Assembly (NCBI GenBank): GCA_002633005.1
Contig: NMRA01000375.1
Location: forward strand, 198,241 to 262,240
Origin: Phoronis australis
Taxonomy: Eukaryota; Animalia; Phoronida
Length of the DNA stretch: 64,000 bases
Reading direction: 5' to 3'
Shown here: in pieces, positions 11,434-22,600 of the stretch
How the letters are laid out: each line of letters begins with the position of its first letter
How positions within the stretch are numbered: the first letter of the stretch is position 1
Made by a program: the position numbers and the translations under genes
Notes under the pieces: generated by a model
What the model saw: only the letters and a program-made list of their open reading frames with translations
The model's database searches: none
Told to the model about the DNA's origin: nothing

Positions 11434-14400
11434 ATGGCACCCGGTAAGAGAAACTCGAGCAAACCGCGACAGATTTTCATCGTTTTGTTCAAATTATCTT
11501 GAGTGAAACGTCTCTAGACTTAATGCATGTGTTAATTATAACTCCATGTGCATATATGCATGTTTCATTTGATTTTATTTTGAAATTCGTAACTTTTTGT
11601 GAGGATGTACTATCGCCCCTGTATGCCTGCAGAAAAGCCATCTGTGTCTTAATAATAATCCTTCCAACTCGATCAAACTCCTGCATTTTCTAGTCATTAC
11701 ACCAAGCCAAATCAAGTTCTGGAGTCGGTCTGTTGGCTACCCAGCCTTAAGTTCTTCTTGCGGTGGTTAAACGGGTATCCTGCAACATTATCTACATTGG
11801 GTTTTCTTACATATGTAACGGGGGCGGTATCTACGACCAAGGCGCCCCAATTTTACGAGCCCGGTGCGGAATGAGGGTGATATGGAAAACTAAAAGTTGG
11901 TGAATAGTACATACGTTTATTGTAAGAAGAGGTAAATACAATGTTTCACATTTACGAGCAATCCAGTTGCTCCATGATCTAGTATCGCAGCGTTGTGATT
12001 TATACAGTTCTGATGCACGGGCAGGCCAGTCGCTAATTTATAGTAAGTGTAAGAACAGGGGCAAGTTAGTTGTTCAGATCCGAAAGGTGAGATGCAATCA
12101 AGCTCGGGAGGAGCCCGAGAATTGCTGGGGTTAAACTATTGACAACCTAGTTTGGGAGGAGCCCGAAAGCTGCACTAATAGTTGGAATTTGGTGTCAGTG
12201 TAGGTGTTAACTTCTTGAGCTCTGTGACTGGACTCCTCGTGTCTGACAGAGACAAAGCTTAAGTAGACAATTTCAACCAATCAGACACGATCTGAAGGGC
12301 AAGGACCACAACTCCTAGGTTCTGACCATATTTGGCCTTATCCAAAGGACCCAAAAAATAACAAAATTCCATACGTAATGCACAGCTTTACCACTAGAGG
12401 GTGCATATATCTTATATAATCATGTCCAGGGCACTCCTGTTACACATACAACTACTTTTTGCAGGACTGCAAGTTACCATAGTCAAGATACCTTCAGAAC
12501 TTGCCGAGCTATGAGTGCTTGACCTACTTCAGTGAATGGGTATTACTGGACAGGCTGCGAGTCTCACAAGATGGCAGAACAAGTGAGACGGATAACGAGG
12601 ATACTGTTTTCCCCTAAATACTTGCTATATACAAATACTGCAGTCGCAGGCTTGCTGCTTGGTACTGGTGATGCTATCGTTCAGAATGTAGAGATTAAAC
12701 TTACCAACCGAGCCCACCTTGTTGCCATGGAGACAGTATCGTGTGACGGAGGAAACGATGTTGACCACTTAGGCGGAAAGGTGGTCACTCCCTGCTTTGA
12801 CTGGAGCAGAACAGGTTGGTATACCTTTGACGCAGTTGGTTGCTATGGTAATACTTTGTTGCTTTGTACAAAAATATTTGGTTTGTCAAAATTGTCATCT
12901 TTTTGATTTCCTTTTTGATAGTAGTTATTTTTTTAGTTATATCACAGTTAATAGTGAAAATAATAGTGAAAACGGTGTGTACAATAGTAAGGATTCGTAA
13001 ATCCCCAAACAGCACGAAATAGATCAAGCCCTCTTCATAAAATTCAAAACTGGAATAAATCAAGTTTATTCCAGTTTGCAATCCATTTAACTCCTTTTAA
13101 TCCATGATTTTCTCATGTGTTATTAGCGACGCTAACTCAACGTATTAATGGTCCCACCCAAAACATGAACCAAAACTATGGTTTTCGAAGATGCATCAGT
13201 CTTTTATGATTGTTTATTTTTGTTAGGAAATTTATCTTAATGAATTTTCTGTTTGTCTCCCACTTTTTGTTCTATCATTAAGTGATGCCATACGGCCACT
13301 GCATGGCTCGTCTTGTGTAATTTTAAATCTTTTCTCATATGGGCCATTCGCCCATCATAAATGTTTGTGGGTGCTTTGATTGTCAATACCCAATAAGTAC
13401 TCTCCTTTTTCACAGAGGTTGAAAAACGCATTAAATGAGTGACATAGTTCTTAGAAGTTTAGGTTATGAAACATTAAAAAGTAATGTATCGCACCCTGCC
13501 TAGACAAAAACCTTATGTGGTTCGGATCTGCACGTGCATAATTTTTGAAGCTGAATACAAGTACATATTGCTTCTGAAAAAATATATACTTGCATCATTT
13601 TTGCCAACAAGTTCAACTTCTTTTCTGAAGCTTCTCAAATGCATTTCAGTTAGTTTTAAGGTAATAGTGGCTTGTCCATTACTGTAATCAGTGCCTAAAA
13701 TGATGATGGATCAGTGGCATTATGGGATAGCTTTATTAATTAGTGAAGAAAGTGGGAGCTTCCTTGGTCGAAAGGTTTACAGTCAATCACACCTGGTGAT
13801 TTTTTGAAATGTGCCTTATATGACTGAAAATTCCCCATCAGTTTTCAAGGTAGTCAGATCTAACTGAGGTTTTTGTCCTTATAGTGTGGGAATTGCACTC
13901 CTCTCTGCCACAGTAAATCTGTACTTTGCCATTGCAGGTTTCTCATGTAGCAAAAGTCCTAACATGATGCACTTTACACGGCATGTATTGACACATCTAA
14001 ATCTTAGTTTCTGCATTTTACTTATTATTTTCACTCGCATAGTATGTAACTATTTTTTTCACAGTTGATTGACCTAGTTTTTGTAAAGTTGGGGCATTAA
14101 AAATGTCTGAGCTGAGACGGACAATATTTTGCAACCTTTGAGTTTTGCAATTTTTTGTGGTGACATTAAATAAAACCTTATATCCAGCAATAGAATTGCG
14201 AATATCAAATGTGTCTTTCCTGTGAAGTGGTGATTAGCACAACAGTATTGTACAACTATGGGATGTGTGACCTAAGGGTGCACAGTATTGTACAACTATG
14301 GGATGAGTGACCTAAGGGTGCACAACATTGTGCGTAAAACTCGCAGCATCAGAAAGGGTTTTGGTTGTGTTTGGAGTTATCACTGTTGGTGAACTGTAAG

Positions 14401-16535
14401 GGGATCTCATTGGTGACTAATGATGTGTTAGAACTCCACTGATAATTGACTTATCGCAAGCTCCGCACCCTTGCGAAATGTCGACAAGCAAACAATAACT
14501 TTTACCTGGCAACGTGTTATTTGTCAGGTAAAATGGCAGCTTGGAAATGGAGGTGTGTCAAGAATGCTGCGTTCTGATTGGTGAGTTAAGCCATCACTCA
14601 AAATCCTGATGGCAAGTCAGTTATTTCAGTTTGCTCATTTCAGGTCGTATGTTTGTCATGGGAACAATCATGGGTCCATTTAACCATGCCTTTTACACAG
14701 TGCTGGACAAGTACTTAGTGGGTAATGCACTCTCCACTGTGGCTAAGAAGATAGTCATCGATGAAACTGTGGGCGCACCGTTTTTTGCTTTCTCCTTCTT
14801 CATGGGTGAGTTTGCAAAGTGTACTTAAGACGTGTGTGAGTTTGTAAGGTCTCTGTAAAACTATGGAATAATGAAGTGTAATTATTCATGAACATGTTAG
14901 TAATGTAAAATTTTATGGAAACTATGCGGGTAAATCTGGCTGTAAAGTGTGGTTGGTAAATCTGTCAAGTGTTTTGTTGAATTCACGTAGAGTTTTGTTT
15001 GTAAAGTTTTGTTTGGGCAAGTGGGTAAACGAGTTTTATAAGGGACAAGTGCTTGGTAAACGTATTCGGTGACGTGATGAACGTATGGGTAAACTCTGTA
15101 AAATGTTAGCAAGTTGTAAATCTGTGAAGTGTTATTATGAACATGTGGGTGAATTCTGTAGAATTTGACTCTTGGCAAAAATGCTTTTGAAAAAGTAGCA
15201 GTGGTGAAAAGTTTGCAGTGCGTTTAAATTACGATAAATCACTGTCTTCTCCTTCACCACTCTGACCGTTTTGTAGGGACTGGTACATTGGAGGGAAACT
15301 CTATCAAGGAAAGCTTTAAGGAATTCCGGGAAAAGTTTTTCACCGTATGGTTGGTAAGTTCACCAATGTTCACGCTGCCTGTGGCTAAAACAAACAGAAA
15401 CTTTGGGTGGGAGTCGAATGACTATTGCAAAAAATGCTTGTCTTTGTGTGCCCTGGCTTGTTCTACACAATTTGGTATTGGGGACACGTGAAAGTTGCTT
15501 TGAATTGTGCTCTCATTTCTCTAGAGAGTTGCATGATGGGATGTTTACAATTCTAGTAATTCTCAAGTTCTTATAAATTTGAAAAAAATTCACTGACTGA
15601 ATAATTCCAATTCTGATCACTAGTTATTCTTGAAAAACTTCAATCCAGTCAAGCATTTTTTGTGCAGTGATTTTAGTATTACCATAGTTCTTGTAACTAA
15701 GTGTGCCAGTAATTTTACGGAAAGTGTGCTCACTGTGAAAACATCTTCTGTCCCTTTTTATCTTCCCCTATTAATCCCAGAATGCACCATCTAAAACACA
15801 AAGTACTCAATTAAAGTTTACAAAGGAAAGATTAAATTAGTGCATTAGAGTTCACGGGTGATAGCTTGTTTTCATGAATTTGATGAATTTATGTTTGTTG
15901 GAATTGTTCATTGTATTTTCCATGTCAGCACCCACTCCTTTCCGAAAAAGATCTGTAAGAATGGAAAATGCTCACTAATTTCAGAAAAAAAAATAATCGC
16001 CAAACTTCACTTTTCAGTTTGGGCTTCTCACATTAATGTGAACACCCACAATTTTAAAAATATCATCTGATGGTAGCGATGGCTGATAGGAATTCTTTTC
16101 AAGCTGATGATAAATGATCATGAGTCATGGCAGCATTCATAGTTGACTTCATAAAAATGTTTGTTTGGAATTACGTAATTTTAAAAAGCCTATTATCGTT
16201 ATAAATTATGATCAACCAAAACTGCCTGTGTGTAGAACTTAAAAATTATAAAGTGTTTATTTGGTGCTATGTCGGAGTATTTGTGACGAAAGAGAAAAAT
16301 GAATTTAGGTTTCTCTTGCCAACCATGATAATGGGTACTAAACTTGTGAGATTTGCTGAGTACGACCACTTCCCTGTAAATCCATCCCATTTCGTTGCAG
16401 GCTGACTGCTCTGTATGGCCCGCAGCTCAGGCCATCAACTTCTACTTTCTGCCACCACGCTTCAGAGTCCTATATGTCTCCTTTGTAACGCTAGGATGGA
16501 ATACATTCTTGTCCTACATGAAGCATTCCAGTTGA
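11434..16535 (+). CDS. MPV17L2: MPV17-like protein 2 (Mpv17/PMP22 family, mitochondrial inner membrane)
   Basis: Exons: candidate 11434-11443, then 12533 (or ATG 12571)-12814, 14644-14805, 15277-15353, 16401-16535 (TGA), phases 1,1,1,0. Peptide [99 protein letters not shown] matches human MPV17L2 motifs ([23 protein letters not shown]). The first exon is less certain. Confidence 0.92.
11814..12444 (-). mobile_element. Solo LTR (631 bp), Gypsy-like
   Basis: TGTAAC...GTTACA termini; perfect 4-bp TSD cata (11810-11813 and 12445-12448); minus-strand AATAAA at ~11916-11921; internal direct repeat gggaggagcccga. Confidence 0.85.
14242..14324. repeat. 40-bp tandem duplication
   Basis: acagtattgtacaactatgggatg(t/a)gtgacctaagggtgc x2. 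Confidence 0.9.
14800..15170. repeat. Degenerate minisatellite beginning at the MPV17L2 splice donor
   Basis: Recurrent (a/g)tgggt(g/a)aa.tctgtaaa.tg units resembling catgg|gtgagtttgcaaagtg at the 14805 donor. Confidence 0.55.
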
Positions 16536-17193
16536 CGATAGACTAAGCTAGATACAATTTCGCCGTTTAGTAGTTTTTCACGATTCATAACATCTTTGTA
16601 AAAAATTTTGGTCTTTCAAATGGTGTTTTATTTACTGGCTTGGTATTGTTTGGTATTAAACACCATATTTTTGTGCTGTTAGAATACTTGATATTACTTA
16701 TTGTTGGTGAAGTTATTTTTAGACTGAAATATTTGTGGCTGGCCACCTCAAACTCCATGTTCACCCTACATGTATTCAGTTATGGTGCTGCACGGTGTTT
16801 GAAATATATTGGCCTGTGTCTGGAAATCTTTTGAGCCATGTTTAAAATCTTGTGCTGTGTGCAAAAAGCCTGTGTTTTGCCTGCTTTGCAAAGTTATTGA
16901 AGTTGTGTTGCAGAGGTGGTAACTGCTTACAGTAGACGCCAAAAATACTTAAACGAAATGACCCAGAATTTCCCGTCAGTTCGGCTGGGCGGAAGCCGAA
17001 TTCATCATCTGAGTAGTCTCCCCTGATGACCGAGAATGAAAGGGAATTAATAGGAAAGTTATTGAGGTTGCTAGATCATTCTGTAATTAGAATTTTAGCA
17101 CGGTTACACCAGTAATTTTTAAGGTTAATTACAGGGAAAGGGTGTTGTTTTCTGTCATTTTATTTTTGTCATGTGCTGTATTGTTCTGCATTG

Positions 17194-17346
17194 AAGTGAT
17201 AGAGGCATGCCATCAAGTGATAGAGGCATGCCATCAAGTGATAGAGGCATGCCATCAAGTGATAGAGGCATGCCATCAAGTGATAGAGGCATGCCATCAA
17301 GTGATAGAGGCATGCCATCAAGTGATAGAGGCATGCCATCAAGTGA
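17194..17346. repeat. Perfect 21-bp minisatellite, 7.3 copies
   Basis: (aagtgatagaggcatgccatc)x7 + aagtga, in the probable MPV17L2 3'UTR. Confidence 0.97.
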
Positions 17347-17793
17347 AAACAATGTGTAACCTATGGTTGTTTTTGTGAATTAAATGAAAGGATTTGAAGA
17401 AAATGATGTGAAAACACGAGGTACTATTTGCAACATGTTTGAATTTTTATGCAGGGAGAACACTGTAAACTTTATTACTTCTTGTATATTGCCATGTTCA
17501 TGGGCGGCACACCGATAGGGATCTGAGGGCTATAGCCCCCCCCCACTTATTTCAGTGCTGTGCAGTCCATGATGTTAAGAGAGCATTGTTTAATTGATGT
17601 TTGACTAATGTGGTTTGTATTGCATTCCAATTTATGAATTTTTAACTACAAGGAAGTGGAAAGTGTCTCTGTAAGTTGTAACTGTTAATGTTACATTTCA
17701 TTCAATCTACGATGTTGTAGCCCAATTCTCAGTTGGGCATCAAACTTGCGTTGTGTTGTTCATTTCCCTCTGCATAGGTACATCTTTGCTTTA

Positions 17794-18019
17794 GAGGAGG
17801 CAGTGTTGTCTAGTGGGATACGTGTCCTTTTCCTTTACTCAAGGTCGTGGGTTCGAGTCCCATTGGGGCACACTGCTAGACCTTTGAGTCAGGTCTCTAG
17901 TTCTTCAGCTCGGTTTTAACTTTACATTAATTAAGCGCAACAATGGTTCCAGGTGATCAATGCATTGGGCGCACCTTTGCACGTCTGGTACAATGTGTAC
18001 CTGACAACCTGCAATTAAA
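17794..18019 (+). mobile_element. tRNA-derived SINE, second copy
   Basis: gaggaggcagtg...tttactcaaggtcgtgggttcgagtccc...cagctcggttttaac...cctgcaattaaa, colinear with 10797-11036. Confidence 0.85.
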
Positions 18020-18717
18020 TGTTCACGAAAGCTTTGTGAAGGGAATTTTGTGTATTTGTGGACTGTTTGTGGATCTAGAAGTAGAAAAGTACAGAGTAAT
18101 TTTTAGAATTTATGTACTTGATTCAATATTTAACTGCTAGCTGATGTTTACATGTGCATTCCCCAGGTCCAGTTAAATATTGTGGACACTTATAAAATAG
18201 GGTGCAGAAATGCAGTTGATTTTTATGGAACTTTCAGGGTAAGATGCGGGTATACATTGCTTTATGAAAAAAATTGTATCAACGGTCAGTGAAGGGTTTG
18301 GTTGAAATACGTTGACACGTCAGCAGTCACTGAATTCTACGAAATACTCGCGAGTTACATACTGTGTTTACCTCATTATGTTATAAGATATTTAAAATTT
18401 TTATCTCAAGTTATTGTTGTAAATATTATGGCAGTTGTTGCATCTGCTCTAGTGTCTGATACTGTTACTTTGCTGCTGATAATCTGCCTAAGTAGCCAGT
18501 GGCGCCATCTATCATAACAAACTCGGCTTGTTTAGTGGCCCCTTGTACAAAACCGATGTTGTCAAAAAGGCTGTCTTTATGAAACGAGGAGCAGAGTAAT
18601 TACCGTATTAGTGGTGAATTAATGGTAACCATGCTGTTAGCATACCCTTTAAAGGAGGTAACCACCTTGAATTACCTGGGCTGTAATAATGTGTATTAGT
18701 GTTGCACCATGGTTCCG

Positions 18718-18723
18718 AATAAA
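18718..18723 (+). terminator. Candidate poly(A) signal of MPV17L2
   Basis: AATAAA about 2.2 kb after the stop codon, before the 3' end of the convergent gene. Confidence 0.4.
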
Positions 18724-19656
18724 TGTTTTCTCTCTCTAACCACTTGGATGTCACGACAATGCCTGTAGTTTACAACACTGTATTTGACAATCATAATGAG
18801 AAAATCAGGAAGTGATCAAACAGTCAAAGTACACTTATCTCAGTTTTTAAATACATTAAAGTTCAAGAAATAACAATGTAATCTGCAATTAAAAATAATT
18901 TATGCACCGTAGTGCAGAGTTAACAAGTGACTGAAAGGTGATGGACAAAACGGCGTGTATAAACAACTTGGTGCATGGAATGGCAACTTGCGTGCATGAC
19001 ACATTGTAAAAAATAAATAATATTTTTTGTACAGATACCAAAACTCTGTACAAATATGACCATCTAAAATACATGGAAGTAAAACCACACAACTTGATAA
19101 GATGGCAGGTGAAATACTAAGCATTAAAATATAAATATAGTCCTTTAAATCTACTGGACTTTGTTTAACAGTTTTGTCCAGTAGTTAAACAAACATCTTC
19201 TAATTCAAGCATGTTAAGGTATGACATTCATCAAGACTATACTTGTCTTCATTAAAATTTAAGTGATCTGATGTGTGATGAAAATTTCTGATAAGCCTAA
19301 GGCACCCAATCACAGAACCTCGTGCGAACAATTGTATATAGCATTGTTCTATTTATTACCCTGACAACCCGTGCTGCAGAACAACTACATTCAATTTACG
19401 ATACCACAATGCTACCCTCCCTTTCAATTATGTAGTTTCTGCAGTTATACCCAATCACGTTGTAACAGCTTAATAATGAAACTGACTCCAACAACACTTT
19501 AGCTCTTCTGTTATGGGAACCCTCTCAAAAATAGTGCACTTTAGTTTGTAAAATCAACTAGTCAATCACGTGGTAAGAGTTACATGAGTTCGCCCTAAGT
19601 GAAGTCCTCCGTCTGTTGTAACACTCCTCCCCTTCATACATGTAGTCTGTGTCTCA

Positions 19657-22600
19657 TCACACCTGGTCGTGTAGTGACAGTGTCTTTATAAACGGCTCCA
19701 GCTGAACTTTGCCCCTGCCATCCATGTTGGCAGAGATGGCCGAGTTGACCTCTTTCTCAGACAGTCGTAGGTCACACACAAAGTTGTACTCATTAATTGT
19801 TCTCAGCACATCTTTGGGTTCTAACATGCCTAAACAACAGACATTGCAGGTATTGAATCAGGTATCAACATGGCTGCAGTTGATTACTTAGACAGTCGTG
19901 CCAGATTATTTGGCTAAGACATCTGGTTGGTATATAAGCCAGAAGTTGCCATCGACAACCAATGAGATGTCTTAGCTGACTGAGCTGGTGGAGACAACCA
20001 AGTGCATCCCATGCAACTGTGATGTAGAGTTTTAAACCTCACAATATTCATTGAGTGCACAAGAATATCAAGTTAGTAGTAATCGGTCCATTAGGATGAT
20101 CAAAACGACTCAAGTTTCTCTGAGCGAATTAATCTATTACCCAGGATTACACGACACAAAATACAGGGTAGCCAGAAAACTATATCTTAACGAAGACGTG
20201 TAACAGTTAGGATACCTAACTATATAGCGCTTACAACTAAACACTGTAAGATAGACTCATAACGAAATGATATCAAAATACAACTAAGACCTAAAATCTC
20301 ACCAATTGTGAACAGTTTTACTATAAAACTTTCTTCTTTTCATTTTTCAAGCTGACGCTTCTAAAAATTGTGAATCCCACAATTTCTCAAAACACTGTCT
20401 GGTGGTAGCTTTGTTGTGGAGCCTAAGAGTAACCTTGACCAAATGACTGATGTATGCCTCTGGACATAGCCAATTCATCTTTTAAATGAAAAAAATGAAC
20501 AAACACTTGACCATCATGTGTGTCCTAATTTGGTGAGATTTTACCATACATAAAAAATACACATCCACCACCACACATGCAAGTCAATCATCTAGTGCTT
20601 AATACCTGTTCGGTCATGGTCTTCCCTGTACAAGGCAGCGGCCATTCTGAAGAAGCGATCAAACCAATCTTCTTCTTCATGTTTTATATACTGTTTCTTG
20701 GTGTACTGAAGCAAAAATAAACAAATGTGAGTTGGGTGGCACTCGCATGTTGAACTACAATCACTTCTATCACTTGTTCATCTTAAAGCGGTTATAATCC
20801 AACTTTCCGTCACAAGTTCATCTAAAAGCGGTTATAATCCGACTTTCTGTCACAAGTTCATCGTAAAGTAGATATACACCGACATTTTGCCACAAGTTAA
20901 TCTTAAAGTGGCAATAAACCAACTGTCTGCCACAAATTCATCTTAAAGCACCGTGGCCGGCCTTCTGTCACAATAACAACTTTGATTTAGACCACTTGCC
21001 ACTATAAAATTGGTCTCAAATTATACCTTAGTCAAAATGGGAGTGATAGTTTGCTATCGCTTGAGACCAGACTCTGTAAGTTGACTTGACATGGCGTGAT
21101 ATCTTTTCACAGAGCTTGGTCTCGAGCAATAGTGAACTGACAGTTCTGTGCAAATCCACAAATCACTTCTCATCTGAGTAAGGAACAAGTTGAGACCAAT
21201 TTTATAATGATACAAAAAGTAAGAGTTTTCTCCGAAACGCAGGTTTACAGCAAGCCGCTTTAAATAAAGATTCAGAAAAGTGAGTTCAAAATGGCCACAT
21301 CTGCGCCTAGTACCTTATGTATGAACTCAAAATTAAATTAATTTTAATCTTATTCTGTTTAACATTTATCACTATCCGTATCATTATTATTACCTGTAGC
21401 TACTATTGCTATTATAATAATTATCATATATCATTTATCATTTTGTAAGTGCATGCTTACACTCACATCATAGTTACTCTGCAGCTTGTCCACCCTCCGC
21501 TCAATGTCTTCTATTTCCTGTTTCCGTTGAAGATCTTGTTGTATTTGTGTGAGAGCGTCCCCTCTTGGCGAGTGTTGAGGGAGGTAATCCGAAGGATCGT
21601 TATAATAGTTGGATGGTGGTGGGGAATCTTTCTTGGACAAATATTTCTGAAAATGGAATAATGCCGAAATGAACAATCGTGGTCATGATTCTCGCTTCTC
21701 AACATTTGAAAACATTAAACTGATTAAAATAAGTCGTTAAGAAAGTGCAAATAAGTTACTAATAAGTAGTGAAACCAAGGTGATGACACAGGAGAAGTAT
21801 GTTGGACATAACTACAATTAGGAAAGTGTGTTTTAGGTAGACTTTTGGAATTAAGGTTACGTGAGACCCTGGGAAAATTCCATATTTACTGCTAACATCA
21901 GAACATATCTCAGAGATAGATGATCAAATGAAACTTTGATATACTGTTCTGCAATGCTCTCCACAATGCCACAGAAATTGTTTAAAAGACAAAGTGTTCT
22001 TCTTTGGTATGTTATTCTATTAAATATTGGGACTAATATTTTTATGGAAAAACTCAGAGGTTGCATAAAATGAAAACGAAGGCCTAGGAAAATTAGTAAA
22101 TCGTTATTACCTATAAGTGTTTTTCAGATTTCATCTAGAACATTAAATGAAGCAAATTTTGATCGACCATTGTTTTGCACCTTTTTAGCACTTGTTATTA
22201 AGACACGTGGTCACACGACCCAACTTATGGCAGACTGGCATGAAGTTAAAATTCATATTCCACAAAATTTCTGGTATAAGAAAATTTAATATAATAATAT
22301 AGTTTTGTAGAAATTTAGCCAAAATACGTAGACTTTCGATAAGGTCCCACGTAACCTTTTATAATTGGACAATATGGTTCTACACGATATTCTTGAATTA
22401 CCATACTCATTCAGTTTAACCCATGCTTGGCTTATTGCCCATCCGTGAAATTCCAATTTTCTGCGTTTGCTTGGCTTATAGCCCCACCTCCAGTTTACAC
22501 CTTGTGACTTCCTTGAAACTGTCCGTGCCTTTATGAATATCCAACTTGTGCAAATTTTAGTTCCCAACATAAACGAAATTTGGTTATGTTTGAGTAAAGA

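Noticed and set aside
16963-17048. Hammerhead ribozyme (GTC...CTGATGA...GAAA)
   Set aside because: Stems I and II cannot form and stem III needs a bulge at the core, so the core motifs alone are insufficient.
17142-17378. ORFs with (VIEACHQ)n or (SLDGMPL)n, and a possible CRISPR-like array
   Set aside because: Pure head-to-tail 21-mer with no unique spacers and no cas genes, in a eukaryotic 3'UTR. The ORFs arise only because 21 is divisible by 3.
19558-19659. TGA-TGA followed by ~31 open codons: selenocysteine or readthrough extension of C1orf87, with 16975-17010 as SECIS
   Set aside because: The stop aligns with the end of the human homolog. The hairpin has only a 7-bp helix and no AAR loop, and it lies beyond a nearer minus-strand AATAAA (19352-19357).
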